A stretch of 37,747 nucleotides of DNA from a virus (taxonomy: Duplodnaviria > Caudoviricetes), in the IMG/VR virus record IMGVR_UViG_3300037692_000053, positions 1 through 37,747 of that record, one strand, 5' to 3'. Positions within the stretch are counted from its first letter, which is position 1. Every line of letters begins with the position of its first letter. The position numbers and the translations under genes were made by a program. Positions 8,529 to 17,442 of the stretch are shown piece by piece. The notes below the pieces were generated by a model. That model searched no databases and was not told the origin of the DNA. It worked only from the letters and a program-made list of their open reading frames with translations.

Positions 8529-8599
8529 TTTCTCCCTGCTCCTCAGCAACTCAACTCACCCTGCGGGGCTCGGTTGGGTTGTTGTAGAGTGTGGAGAAA
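8529..8599 (+). other. Long irregular RNA stem-loop (possible RNase III site or small RNA)
   Basis: TTTCTCC pairs with GGAGAAA; CAGCAACTCAAC pairs with GTTGGGTTGTTG using G-U pairs; fills the intergenic gap. Confidence 0.6.
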
Positions 8600-8630
8600 C
8601 AAATATTAACTTAACTTAAAGGAGTAAGTT

Positions 8631-8867
8631 ATGGGCCAAGCAAAGAGAAGAGGTTCTTATGAACAACGTAAGGAATCTTCAATACAGAAAATTTTAGATA
8701 AGAAAATCAAACTTAAACTTCTGGAGGATAATTTCCAATTCAACACTCCAATATTCTACAAAATGACTAAAAGAATAGTTGATCTGAATAGAAGAAAAAG
8801 GTCTAAAGATGTTAGTAATATATTAGAAATTTTAATTCGTTCTATGTTTCCATTAGGAGGTTATTAA
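8631..8867 (+). CDS. Hypothetical basic protein
   Basis: 78 aa, MGQAKRRG start, AAGGAG RBS. Confidence 0.7.
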   Translation: MGQAKRRGSYEQRKESSIQKILDKKIKLKLLEDNFQFNTPIFYKMTKRIVDLNRRKRSKDVSNILEILIRSMFPLGGY

Positions 8868-8868
8868 C

Positions 8869-9093
8869 ATGTCTAAACCCCATTCATACATACCCCTACT
8901 TCAGGGTAAATTCCTAATAACAGTCACAACTGAATGCACCATCCCTGATCACTACCAAGGTGCAGAGATTGAGATATGTATCCGTCACAAACAGTCGTTC
9001 ACCGACTCAGCAAACTGTCTAGCAACAGAAATCTCTGACTTACTCCGTAAGTCCTTATGTCATGTTCAACAATCATCTGAAGAGGAAGGATAA
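8869..9093 (+). CDS. Hypothetical protein
   Basis: 74 aa, AGGAGG RBS. Confidence 0.7.
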   Translation: MSKPHSYIPLLQGKFLITVTTECTIPDHYQGAEIEICIRHKQSFTDSANCLATEISDLLRKSLCHVQQSSEEEG

Positions 9094-9096
9094 GTT

Positions 9097-9309
9097 ATGA
9101 ATATAACTGAAGCAGTAAATATAGCTTGTAAACAACCTACTTTATTAGATGCATTATCTTTTATATGTGTCTGGGAATCTGAAAGAATAGTCAAACAAGC
9201 ACTTTCTAATTATAGAAGTGGTTTAAGTGGTTCAAATGGTACTATGTGGGATACTTGCTTTAAAGTATGCTTAAAAAACGTTTTAGAAAATTATAAGGAA
9301 AAGGTATAG
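9097..9309 (+). CDS. Hypothetical protein (AT-rich)
   Basis: 70 aa, tightly packed in the operon. Confidence 0.7.
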   Translation: MNITEAVNIACKQPTLLDALSFICVWESERIVKQALSNYRSGLSGSNGTMWDTCFKVCLKNVLENYKEKV

Positions 9310-9311
9310 TT

Positions 9312-9848
9312 ATGTCAAAACTGGAACAAATGAAAACACGTGAAGCAACTCACGCCCTCAGCACTAGGGTGGACGCTAGATACTTAGCCACCCTAATGTT
9401 ATTCTGGCGTGATCAACAGTGTCTCCCCACCTCCCTATCTGAACTTACCCGTCTAAGTTTGGAGTCCTTTGCTGAATTCCTTGTAAGTAATGGAATGGTA
9501 GAATTTGTGGAGACTCACGAAGCTGCTCTGGAAATCATGAAAGGTTTGGGAATGAATCCTAAACGTGTCAACTCTAAGTATCTGGCCCAGGCCATCCTGA
9601 AATCTTCAGCAGATATTAATCTCTCCTTCCTTAATAGTCCTGTTGTAGACCACAAGCACAAACTCACAGTGCAGGAGGCTGCGGGAGTCTCATCTATCGA
9701 CGTCAGTAGGGTAATTTCGGCAATGCAGGAATCTGAATCCACTTCTGCCTCAGACCGTGTAAAGGCTGCGCAGGAGAGGGCTGAAGAATTCACCCGTAGT
9801 CTTGGTGAAATTCCTAAAGAAATCAAACCTGTTGATGATGCGGAGTAA
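9312..9848 (+). CDS. Hypothetical protein, possible ribbon-helix-helix regulator
   Basis: 178 aa; N-terminal THALSTRVDARYLATL...SLSELTRLSLE has a strand-helix-helix pattern. Confidence 0.6.
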   Translation: MSKLEQMKTREATHALSTRVDARYLATLMLFWRDQQCLPTSLSELTRLSLESFAEFLVSNGMVEFVETHEAALEIMKGLGMNPKRVNSKYLAQAILKSSADINLSFLNSPVVDHKHKLTVQEAAGVSSIDVSRVISAMQESESTSASDRVKAAQERAEEFTRSLGEIPKEIKPVDDAE

Positions 9849-9851
9849 CTT

Positions 9852-10004
9852 ATGGACATTCTTAAAAAACTCCTAGGAGGATTACCCAACTCAACAAAAA
9901 ATTCAGATCCTCCATTAAAGAAACCAACTAAAGAACTATGGACTTCTAAAGACTTCTCTGATATTGGAGAGAAGGTGAAGAAAATTCTTAAAGGAGATAA
10001 GTAA
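9852..10004 (+). CDS. Small hypothetical protein (50 aa, not in ORF track)
   Basis: GGAG RBS; MDILKKLLGG...KILKGDK. Confidence 0.5.
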   Translation: MDILKKLLGGLPNSTKNSDPPLKKPTKELWTSKDFSDIGEKVKKILKGDK

Positions 10005-10124
10005 ATGACTGAACAAGAAATTAAATTAGAAATTCTCAGAGATCACATAGAACTGGAACAACTATGTTCTACTTACATTCTCCCTATAGCATTTATATGC
10101 TTAATTCTTCTAATCATTATTTAA
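10005..10124 (+). CDS. Small membrane protein (39 aa, not in ORF track)
   Basis: AAGGAG RBS; hydrophobic C-terminus ILPIAFICLILLIII. Confidence 0.5.
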   Translation: MTEQEIKLEILRDHIELEQLCSTYILPIAFICLILLIII

Positions 10125-10136
10125 AGGAGATTTGAA

Positions 10137-10320
10137 ATGAAACTGTGCAAAGACTGCTTGCATCTCTCTAAATTGAAAACTGTAACTACTTCACCATACA
10201 CAAAGTTTTAGAACCTGTCAACGGAACTCAAATCTCTGTACCTCTCCACCCTTCAAATTCTCGGGGAATGAAAGTTACTGCGGCGCCAGTGGGCGCTGGT
10301 TTGCTTCATTAAATAAATAA
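10137..10320 (+). pseudogene. Frameshifted small Cys-rich gene (or two sequencing errors)
   Basis: AAGGAG RBS; MKLCKDC.. / ..NCNYF..EPVNG.. / ..YCGASGRWF lie in three successive frames. Confidence 0.5.
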
Positions 10321-10329
10321 ACATAGCAA
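10301..10329. repeat. 29-bp dispersed palindrome copy 4
   Basis: TTGCTTCATT-AAATAAATA-AACATAGCAA. Confidence 0.9.
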
Positions 10330-10362
10330 TTCATTATTAACTAAACCTGAAAGGAGTCTCCT

Positions 10363-10761
10363 ATGTCTATATCTGGTTATCTAGAAGCTCAGAAAGCTCA
10401 CAAGGAAGTAAAAAGTATTGAAAGATTAAATTGTAGAATATTTAACTTAGCCCAAGAATTTTTCGGCATTGAAAACGTTGTAAAAACTCCTAGTCAAATA
10501 AGTATAACCTTACGTGAACAAGACACTATAAATCGTGAAGTAGAAATCTTTCTGGATGAAATTAATCCTCTATGTGAATCTGTTACTGGTTGGACTCGTC
10601 ACGATACGCGTAATCCCGAGTATAATTTCATATACACTCAATGGGGACCTATTGACATTACTGTTTATTTTAGTGACAAAGTCAGTGCGGCATGTAAAAT
10701 AGTAAAAGTAGGTGAAAAAACTGTTGTTGAAGATGTCTATGAAATTCAATGTGCTGAATAA
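10363..10761 (+). CDS. Hypothetical protein
   Basis: 132 aa, AAGGAG RBS. Confidence 0.8.
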   Translation: MSISGYLEAQKAHKEVKSIERLNCRIFNLAQEFFGIENVVKTPSQISITLREQDTINREVEIFLDEINPLCESVTGWTRHDTRNPEYNFIYTQWGPIDITVYFSDKVSAACKIVKVGEKTVVEDVYEIQCAE

Positions 10762-10776
10762 CTTAAGGATTTTCTC

Positions 10777-11136
10777 ATGCAGACGCAAAATAACCTTTGG
10801 ACCCTCGATCCTGTCACCCATATGGCCATAACCCTACAACCTCAACTCCTACTTAATGCTCGTATTGCCGAATTAACTAGGGAGATTTCTGAAAAAGAAA
10901 TAGAACTCCTACGGGCCAAGAACCTTCTCCACTCCCTTAAATCACATTCCAGGGAGTCCCAAAAGTGCCAATTCATTGCTGAAGGCCGTGTTAAACACAT
11001 CAGGAGGGGACATGAAGTAATTGAAAATTCTCATCCAATCACAACTAAACCAACCTGCAATAAGATTGTGAAGTACTTGGAAAACATGAATGAAATGGAA
11101 CGTCTGAATTTCTTCAAAGATTCTGGCCTCCTATGA
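10777..11136 (+). CDS. Hypothetical coiled-coil protein
   Basis: 119 aa, AAGGA RBS. Confidence 0.65.
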   Translation: MQTQNNLWTLDPVTHMAITLQPQLLLNARIAELTREISEKEIELLRAKNLLHSLKSHSRESQKCQFIAEGRVKHIRRGHEVIENSHPITTKPTCNKIVKYLENMNEMERLNFFKDSGLL

Positions 11137-11438
11137 GACGCTTCAATCCTTTCTGCCCTCACTGTGGCACACTCCGTAATCTCCAAAACACTTCGGTGGT
11201 TAAGAAATATCTTAAGTCTGGAGAGGTCTATGACTGTCTCTACTACATCTGCAAAAGTTGTCAAACCAAGCGAATACTTAAGCAACGTAACAAAAAGAAA
11301 TCAGTTGCTGAACTAACCGAGATGTATAATTGGCACTTAAAAATGTCTGAATTGTATCGTAAGGAAATCTTACATCGAGGAGAAGAAAATGTTACTCATG
11401 AAAATAAAGCAAATAGAATACTTCCACGCTTTAAGTGA
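11133..11438 (+). CDS. Zinc-ribbon hypothetical protein
   Basis: CPHC...CKSC; ATGA overlap with upstream gene. Confidence 0.65.
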   Translation: MRRFNPFCPHCGTLRNLQNTSVVKKYLKSGEVYDCLYYICKSCQTKRILKQRNKKKSVAELTEMYNWHLKMSELYRKEILHRGEENVTHENKANRILPRFK

Positions 11439-11628
11439 ACGGTATTCAAAATTAATAGAAATTTTTGAAGGTCGTCAGGCTACTGGCGATGATTGTAAAC
11501 ACGGAGTAAAAGGAAGAGGCTCTTATACAAAGGCTACTACAGACAATGCAGTAATCATTGATAGTCTTAAATTAAAGTTAGCCCTTGCAGACTTTCAAGC
11601 TATCCTTAAAGAAATTGGAAAATTGTAG
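11389..11628 (+). CDS. Hypothetical protein
   Basis: 79 aa, GAGGAG RBS. Confidence 0.6.
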   Translation: MLLMKIKQIEYFHALSERYSKLIEIFEGRQATGDDCKHGVKGRGSYTKATTDNAVIIDSLKLKLALADFQAILKEIGKL

Positions 11629-11654
11629 GGATGAAAATAAATTTCACCACCTTA

Positions 11655-11683
11655 TTGACAACCATATCCACATGTGTTATATT
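11655..11683 (+). promoter_or_regulatory. Strong sigma70-type promoter
   Basis: TTGACA-17 bp-TATATT with TGn extended -10. Confidence 0.8.
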
Positions 11684-11771
11684 GTCAATTCAACAATGGG
11701 GATCGGCCCCAATCCTGACACCTTCCATAACGGATGTGTCTAACAGTAAATTCTGAATGAGGAATAAGATC

Positions 11772-12185
11772 ATGGCAAAAGAACTCGTAGTCGCTCGCTT
11801 CCAACTTAAAGATGAAAACAACAACGCTATCCTGGATGAAGAAGGAAAAGCAACTTGGCAAGAAGCCTCTGTGGAATATGACTTTGGTGACAACTTGGAT
11901 ATGGCCGTAGAAGCCTGTGGTGCTGACACCGTCTTCTCTAACTTCAAAGCTAACGCTCGTGTAGCTCTGCAAAGTATTGTACGTACCCATCTGAAAGCCG
12001 GTAGTGATGCTGAAAAGATTCAGGCCGTAGCAAACGCTTGGAAGCCTGGTGTTGTTGCTGAGAAAGTTACTGTTGACCCCAAAGCTGCTTTCATGGCTGC
12101 ATTTGCTTCTTACCCACTCGAGAAGAAACTTGAACTCCTGAAACAGTTTGGTGTTCCTGAGGATGCCCTGGCCTCAATGTCGTAA
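11772..12185 (+). CDS. Hypothetical protein in its own promoter-terminator unit, probably highly expressed
   Basis: GAGG RBS before ATG 11772; GCT/GGT/CGT-rich codons; flanked by a promoter and a terminator. Confidence 0.8.
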   Translation: MAKELVVARFQLKDENNNAILDEEGKATWQEASVEYDFGDNLDMAVEACGADTVFSNFKANARVALQSIVRTHLKAGSDAEKIQAVANAWKPGVVAEKVTVDPKAAFMAAFASYPLEKKLELLKQFGVPEDALASMS

Positions 12186-12198
12186 GAGAAGGGTAATT

Positions 12199-12236
12199 TC
12201 CCTGGCGGACTTGTTGTCCGCTGGGGATTTTTATTT
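12199..12236 (+). terminator. Rho-independent terminator
   Basis: TCCCTGGCGGAC-ttgtt-GTCCGCTGGGGA followed by TTTTTATTT. Confidence 0.85.
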
Positions 12237-12282
12237 AACTATGAGTTGCACCAAATAATTCAAATAATCTAAGGAGTCCATC

Positions 12283-12486
12283 ATGACTACCACACAAATC
12301 TATTGGAATACAAAACTAAATTGTTGCATGACACGTCTTTGGTATAAAGAGAAAACTGAGAATGAGAAGGGTGAACTGGTTGTGAAGATAGTTCAGAAAA
12401 TGAAAGAAATTCCTACACCTATGGAAGCAGCAGAAAAATTCATGTCTTCCAGATATTGCACAGTTCAAATAACTCCCGAGGTGTGA
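12283..12486 (+). CDS. Hypothetical protein
   Basis: 67 aa, AAGGAG RBS. Confidence 0.7.
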   Translation: MTTTQIYWNTKLNCCMTRLWYKEKTENEKGELVVKIVQKMKEIPTPMEAAEKFMSSRYCTVQITPEV

Positions 12487-12487
12487 A

Positions 12488-13360
12488 ATGAGTCTCCTCA
12501 AACGTAAAGACATAATGCTAGCCACACCGTTCTCTGAATCCCGCCTCCTCAATCAAGGCAGATTCAGAACTTCGTGGACACCTCCCTACATCATCCAACC
12601 TAAACTTAATGGCGAACGTTGTAGGGCAATTGTTCAGAATGGTCGCTGCCTTCTCCTCAGTAGTACTGACAGCATCATCTCCACTGTCCCTCACATCAAC
12701 CACTCAATGTTAAGTTTGCCTGATGCTGAGTACGATGGAGAACTCTACGTTCACGGTTGGACTTTCTCCGACATACATTCGGTGATATCAACTACTGTAG
12801 GCATCCATCCTAGAGCAGGGGAGATGGAATACCATATCTTTGATATAATCACTGACCAACCTCAACTGTACAGGTGTCAAAACCTTAGTGCAAATTTTGC
12901 CCTGAATTGTAGGGCAATTCCTAGTTGCATCAAAAAGGTCCCATTCTACCCTGTTATGACGCACAAAGACATTATGGATCACTATGACTCTTTCATCGAC
13001 GAAGGCTATGAGGGATTCATCCTGAGGGAAATCTCCTCACCCTATATCAGGAAGCGTAGTCAACAGATGATGAAATTCAAGCCAAAGGCCACTGACATTT
13101 ATCCAATCCTCACACCTATCGAAGCGGTCTCTGAGTCGGGAACACCTCTGAAAATGATTGGTGCTTTTATGTGTATAGATGAAATGGGAACAAGTTTTAA
13201 GGTGGGTGCTGGTAAACTCTCTCACGCACAACGTGCGGAGTATTGGCAAATGTGGCTTGACACTCCTTTCTCCAAATGGCAGTTACGCGTGGAGTATCAA
13301 GTCCTTAGTGACAAAAACAACGTACCATTATTTAGTAGAGCTGTAGAAGTATTAATGTAA
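12488..13360 (+). CDS. lig: ATP-dependent DNA ligase
   Basis: Motif I QPKLNGER, III YDGELY, IIIa YHIFDI, IV YEGFILR, V KFKP, OB-fold GAG. Confidence 0.92.
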   Translation: MSLLKRKDIMLATPFSESRLLNQGRFRTSWTPPYIIQPKLNGERCRAIVQNGRCLLLSSTDSIISTVPHINHSMLSLPDAEYDGELYVHGWTFSDIHSVISTTVGIHPRAGEMEYHIFDIITDQPQLYRCQNLSANFALNCRAIPSCIKKVPFYPVMTHKDIMDHYDSFIDEGYEGFILREISSPYIRKRSQQMMKFKPKATDIYPILTPIEAVSESGTPLKMIGAFMCIDEMGTSFKVGAGKLSHAQRAEYWQMWLDTPFSKWQLRVEYQVLSDKNNVPLFSRAVEVLM

Positions 13361-13389
13361 TCGCTTCATTAAATAAATAAACATAGCAA
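13361..13389. repeat. 29-bp dispersed palindrome copy 5
   Basis: TCGCTTCATT-AAATAAATA-AACATAGCAA, immediately after the ligase stop. Confidence 0.9.
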
Positions 13390-13424
13390 TTTAAAATAAT
13401 CTAAATAATCTGTGAGGTAACAAC

Positions 13425-13625
13425 ATGTGTACATACAAAGATTTAAAATTAATAAGAATTAAAAAGAAATTAAAGGCATTGAAACTGGCTATTAAACCTT
13501 TTGCTGAGAAACCTTCAGAAAGAATGGATTCCTATCCATGTCATTCAGGAATTAACACTAAAGAAAAATGTGGTAGATGTTCTCGTGCAATAGCAGCATG
13601 GGAAGCATTACAGTTACCTGAATAA
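13425..13625 (+). CDS. AT-rich small Cys/His protein
   Basis: 66 aa, CH...CGRC; flanked by a 14-bp direct repeat. Confidence 0.65.
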   Translation: MCTYKDLKLIRIKKKLKALKLAIKPFAEKPSERMDSYPCHSGINTKEKCGRCSRAIAAWEALQLPE

Positions 13626-13645
13626 TCTAAATAAGGCTCACAATT

Positions 13646-13987
13646 ATGAACTCCCCTAAAGTTTACCTCCCTAACCCAGGCTGTCACAACTTCACTGCAG
13701 CCCACAAATATGGAGAACTGATCCATCTCACAACTGGCCGCCTTAAGCTCACTGGCACAGGAAATATCTACCGCCAAATGTACAATATCCTTAAGGACTC
13801 CAGTCCTGACGACCACCTCCTAATCTGTGGCCCAACTATAGCTAACGTAATAGCGACCTCGATCCTCATCTCACTTCATGGCAGGGTGAACACCCTCATC
13901 TTTTGCTCTGACAGTAAGACTGGTCAAGGTCGTTATTTCCTCCGTACCATAAACGTAAACTCCAACGAGGAGAACCCAAATGGCTGA
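13646..13987 (+). CDS. Hypothetical alpha/beta phage protein
   Basis: 113 aa; KVY..N...HN..AA.KYG.L...DD.LL..G pattern. Confidence 0.75.
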   Translation: MNSPKVYLPNPGCHNFTAAHKYGELIHLTTGRLKLTGTGNIYRQMYNILKDSSPDDHLLICGPTIANVIATSILISLHGRVNTLIFCSDSKTGQGRYFLRTINVNSNEENPNG

Positions 13988-14237
13988 ACTCAAATCTGTA
14001 TACTTTGCACCTGACGGCAAATACTTCCCCACCCGTGAAGAATGTGTTCGTTATGAGGAGATTCAAGAACTCTCTAAACTCATAATCACTACCTCAAATA
14101 AGCTTAATCAAAACGAGTCTTACATCTTGGCTGAAAAACTTCATGCTAAGTACAACCTGATTGACAAATCAGTTTATGGTGAAATAGGTGAATTTGCCCT
14201 AAGTATTTATAAGAAAGATCCGGAGGTGAAGAAATGA
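13980..14237 (+). CDS. Hypothetical protein
   Basis: 85 aa, GAGGAG RBS, A.DGK.F.T.EEC..YE N-terminus. Confidence 0.75.
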   Translation: MAELKSVYFAPDGKYFPTREECVRYEEIQELSKLIITTSNKLNQNESYILAEKLHAKYNLIDKSVYGEIGEFALSIYKKDPEVKK

Positions 14238-15202
14238 TAGTCCCAAACCTTCCTGTTCCCTCACATCCTTCCCATGAGATCATGGACAGCACCAAACTCA
14301 AAGAGTACATGGAATGTCCTAGGAAATTCTTCTATAAGTATATTCTAGGCTGGAACTCCTCACGGCCCTCCAATCACTTGGTCTTCGGCAGCGCCGTGCA
14401 TCTGGCCATGGAACACTTAATCATAAACGGCTATCACGCCAATGCTGTGGTCGATGCTATGGAACTCTTCAACTCACACTACCGGGAGCAGTTTCCATCT
14501 GAGACTGACTTCCTGTATGAACCTAAGACTCCTATGCGTTTCTTTGGCCTCCTCCTAGAGTATATTAAGGAATATGCTACTGACCACCATGACTTTGAAG
14601 TCTACAAGACAGAAATCGGAGGAACCATTCCCCTCAGTTCTAATCTGAATCATGTGTTAGCCTGGAAGATGGACACCATCCTCTTCAATCGCCACACGCA
14701 GATGTACTTCTCATTGGAGCACAAAACTAAACAGGGTAACTACATCAATAAGTCTTATGAGATAGATTTCAAAATGGGTCCTCAGGTCGGCACCTATACA
14801 CATGTCCTTAACAGTCTGTTCAATCCTATGGACGTGGAAGGAATAATAATCAATTGTATGTGTATGAAAAAGACCAAACAGCCAGAATTTATCTTAAAAA
14901 GAATTCCTATCCACATGAATAATACCAACATGCTGGTGTGGCTCGAGATGTGTAAATCTTGGCTGGACACCATTCACCAGGACTACCTAGCCCTTAGTGA
15001 AGCTAGTGACAAAGATGACGTCTTGAAACCCTTCAAAATGAATCCTGGCTCATGTAGTAACTGGGGAGCAACCTGCCAATACTGTGATTTATGTACTTCA
15101 TGGCCCAACCCTCTCCAACACCTGAATCAAATGCCCCTCGATATAGAGATGAGGTTCTGGAATCCTTTGGAGGAAGAGTTGAGGGAGAAGATGATATTAT
15201 GA
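14234..15202 (+). CDS. PD-(D/E)XK Cas4/RecB-like exonuclease
   Basis: CPRKFFY, FGSAVH, MD...EHKT catalytic motif, C-terminal C..CQYCDLC (Fe-S ligands). Confidence 0.85.
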   Translation: MIVPNLPVPSHPSHEIMDSTKLKEYMECPRKFFYKYILGWNSSRPSNHLVFGSAVHLAMEHLIINGYHANAVVDAMELFNSHYREQFPSETDFLYEPKTPMRFFGLLLEYIKEYATDHHDFEVYKTEIGGTIPLSSNLNHVLAWKMDTILFNRHTQMYFSLEHKTKQGNYINKSYEIDFKMGPQVGTYTHVLNSLFNPMDVEGIIINCMCMKKTKQPEFILKRIPIHMNNTNMLVWLEMCKSWLDTIHQDYLALSEASDKDDVLKPFKMNPGSCSNWGATCQYCDLCTSWPNPLQHLNQMPLDIEMRFWNPLEEELREKMIL

Positions 15203-15408
15203 AAGATGAAAAAGAAGAATCCCAACACGATCGTGATCTCCGTGCTGAACGCGCCCTACTCTCAATCACCCTTAACATGAATGAAAAGGATCTTACCAAC
15301 TTCCTTACAGAGTTCAACATTGACCGATCTGAATATGACCTCATACTATCCAAACATCAGAGGATAATTGAAAGGTTGATAGAAGAAACTAATAAAAAGG
15401 AGAAATAA
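15199..15408 (+). CDS. Hypothetical protein (start revised from 15091)
   Basis: ATGA overlap with the nuclease stop; 69 aa. Confidence 0.6.
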   Translation: MKDEKEESQHDRDLRAERALLSITLNMNEKDLTNFLTEFNIDRSEYDLILSKHQRIIERLIEETNKKEK

Positions 15409-16158
15409 ATGACTACTACAATCACCCCTCAGGCATCTGCAAATGCTGAGGACATCTACCGTGGCATGAAGTCCCCCCTCATCCTCATAATCGGCAAGTC
15501 TGGCCGAGGCAAGTCAACAGCCATGAGGGATCTCGATCATACTAAAACTTGCGTGATTAATATCCTGGGAAAACCCTTTCCTTTCCCACGTGGAGTACAA
15601 TATAGGGAGAAGGAGAATATGCTGATAAGTTCTGATCCTGGCCAAATTCTCAAATACATGAAGTATGTCTCTGAAGACCCCAAAATGTCTCATGTTACCA
15701 ATCTCATCATTGACGACGGACATTATGAGATGGTCACTGAGTTCATGAACAAATCCTTAGAAAAAGGCTATGACAAATTCACCTCGATGGCCAAGAACAT
15801 TTTCAACATTCTCATCATGGGAACTAAACTTCGCTCCAACTTGAAGGTTTTCTTTCTGTGTCACGAAGAAGATACTGGCTACGAACGTAAGATCAAGACT
15901 CTTGGTAAACTCCTAGACGAAAAGGTCACTCTGGAAGGTCTTAGCACCATAGTGCTCTTTGCCGAGTTGGAAGTAGAGAATGATAAACGAATCTACTACT
16001 TTGCAACTCAAAGTAATGGTCAGACCACAGCAAAGTCACCCTACGATATGTTTCCAATCCGTATCCCTAACGACTTGAAGTTGGTCAGTGACCGAATAGA
16101 CGAGTATTATCAGGAAATCCCCCTGTCCAATTCTAAGTTGGACTTCACCCTAAAATAA
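15409..16158 (+). CDS. Sak4-like AAA ATPase / ssDNA-annealing recombinase
   Basis: Walker A GKSGRGKST, Walker B LIIDD, EKGYDKFT, TAKSP; lies between a nuclease and an SSB. Confidence 0.8.
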   Translation: MTTTITPQASANAEDIYRGMKSPLILIIGKSGRGKSTAMRDLDHTKTCVINILGKPFPFPRGVQYREKENMLISSDPGQILKYMKYVSEDPKMSHVTNLIIDDGHYEMVTEFMNKSLEKGYDKFTSMAKNIFNILIMGTKLRSNLKVFFLCHEEDTGYERKIKTLGKLLDEKVTLEGLSTIVLFAELEVENDKRIYYFATQSNGQTTAKSPYDMFPIRIPNDLKLVSDRIDEYYQEIPLSNSKLDFTLK

Positions 16159-16167
16159 GGAGTAAAA

Positions 16168-16476
16168 ATGTCTGAACTAATCTCAAAGAAGTATGTAAAA
16201 TCTACACCCTCAGGTGCAACTCCCAGTAATACTATTCTTGCTGGGCGCGATGAGCATGTTGAAGCAATCCTATCTGCACCTACAACCTTAACCTCAACTA
16301 CAACTGATGTTGTAAAGGAGTCCACAGTACTGAGTACATTAGAGTTAAGTATGAGAAGCATCACCGACGTCATTACCCTCCTGGACTCCCTACCCAGAGT
16401 TGGAGGGAAACTTCCTGATAAGGTAATCTTAGCCCTTGGCAAACTCCAAGGTGCCCTAAATCTTCTCAGAAAATAA
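16168..16476 (+). CDS. Hypothetical protein
   Basis: 102 aa, AAGGAG RBS. Confidence 0.65.
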   Translation: MSELISKKYVKSTPSGATPSNTILAGRDEHVEAILSAPTTLTSTTTDVVKESTVLSTLELSMRSITDVITLLDSLPRVGGKLPDKVILALGKLQGALNLLRK

Positions 16477-16526
16477 GAACTGCACAATTACTGTGCAAAA
16501 TTAATTTCTAAATTAAGGAGAAATAA

Positions 16527-16820
16527 ATGCCAAAAACATTGCATAATTCAGATGTATCTGGGGCACGTAAAAATGTTTCTGATATAAAAGTAGTTGGTGA
16601 TGGAGATATGTTTAAACTTCTTTGTAAAGCTTCTAGTGAAGCTGAAGGATGGATGAAATCTACAAAAGCTTGTCAAATTGGAGAGTTGGGTTGTTTAGTA
16701 CAAGTAACCACGCAACAAAGAAATATTGACGGTACATACTCTGTTGCAGAAGCATTAACTTTTGTACCTGGAGCCTTCATAGTAGATGATATTTATGGAG
16801 GAAGACGTTTAATTCAATAA
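16527..16820 (+). CDS. Conserved-looking hypothetical phage protein
   Basis: EGWMKSTKA...GCLVQVTTQQ...AEALTFVPG; AT-rich codons. Confidence 0.8.
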   Translation: MPKTLHNSDVSGARKNVSDIKVVGDGDMFKLLCKASSEAEGWMKSTKACQIGELGCLVQVTTQQRNIDGTYSVAEALTFVPGAFIVDDIYGGRRLIQ

Positions 16821-16886
16821 TATTGATAAGTATTTAACTTATCTATTAACTCAAACTCAAACTAAAAACTAAATTGGAGAAACAAA

Positions 16887-17345
16887 ATGTCTGACTACGA
16901 TCCTACTGCTGATTACGAAACTGGTGGCGAAACAATCATTGATGTAGATACTTCTGATGCTGTTGAGCCTTCAGTCGTCGAAGACGGGGAGTACAAGATC
17001 CGTATCACTGGTTTTAATAAGGACAATGGAAAGATTATTCGCATCGACAAAAACGGTGGCAAGTACTTTCTCACTGTCTTCGACATCCCTAATGAACCCG
17101 CTTCAAAATCTTTCTCAAAATTCTTCTCAATCCCTGACGAATCTCAGATGGACAAGAAGAAACTCAACAGTTCCAAATGGGACCTGGAACTCTTCAAAAG
17201 AGCTTTTGGCCTCAGCGAAATCAACTTCTCCACAATGGTTGGAGCTGAGGGTTGGGCTATGTTGGGAACACAAGTAGACGAACAGTATGGGGACAAGAAC
17301 TATGTGAAGAAATTCATAACAGGTCCCGACGAAGGTGCTTTCTAA
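16887..17345 (+). CDS. Putative ssDNA-binding protein (DUF669-like)
   Basis: DGEYKIRI motif, acidic termini ending DEGAF; position after the Sak4-like gene. Confidence 0.65.
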   Translation: MSDYDPTADYETGGETIIDVDTSDAVEPSVVEDGEYKIRITGFNKDNGKIIRIDKNGGKYFLTVFDIPNEPASKSFSKFFSIPDESQMDKKKLNSSKWDLELFKRAFGLSEINFSTMVGAEGWAMLGTQVDEQYGDKNYVKKFITGPDEGAF

Positions 17346-17353
17346 ATCTCTGT

Positions 17354-17382
17354 TTGCTACATTAAATAAATAAACGTAGCAA
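17354..17382. repeat. 29-bp dispersed palindrome copy 6
   Basis: TTGCTACATT-AAATAAATA-AACGTAGCAA. Confidence 0.9.
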
Positions 17383-17394
17383 TCAATCTGTAAT

Positions 17395-17421
17395 CTGGGA
17401 GGGACTAATAATCCCTCTCAG
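17395..17421 (+). terminator. Stem-loop after SSB gene
   Basis: CTGGGAGGGA-ctaataa-TCCCTCTCAG; poor U tail. Confidence 0.45.
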
Positions 17422-17442
17422 TAATTAAAAGGATCTGAAACT

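Noticed and set aside
8529-8599. tRNA gene
   Set aside because: Folds as a single long hairpin with no cloverleaf or T-loop GTTCRA.
3771-13389. First five palindromes all start at coordinates ending in 1 (10-bp phasing)
   Set aside because: The phase shifts at copy 6 (later starts end in 4 or 5), and exact 10-bp phasing over kilobases has no clear helical meaning; treated as coincidence.
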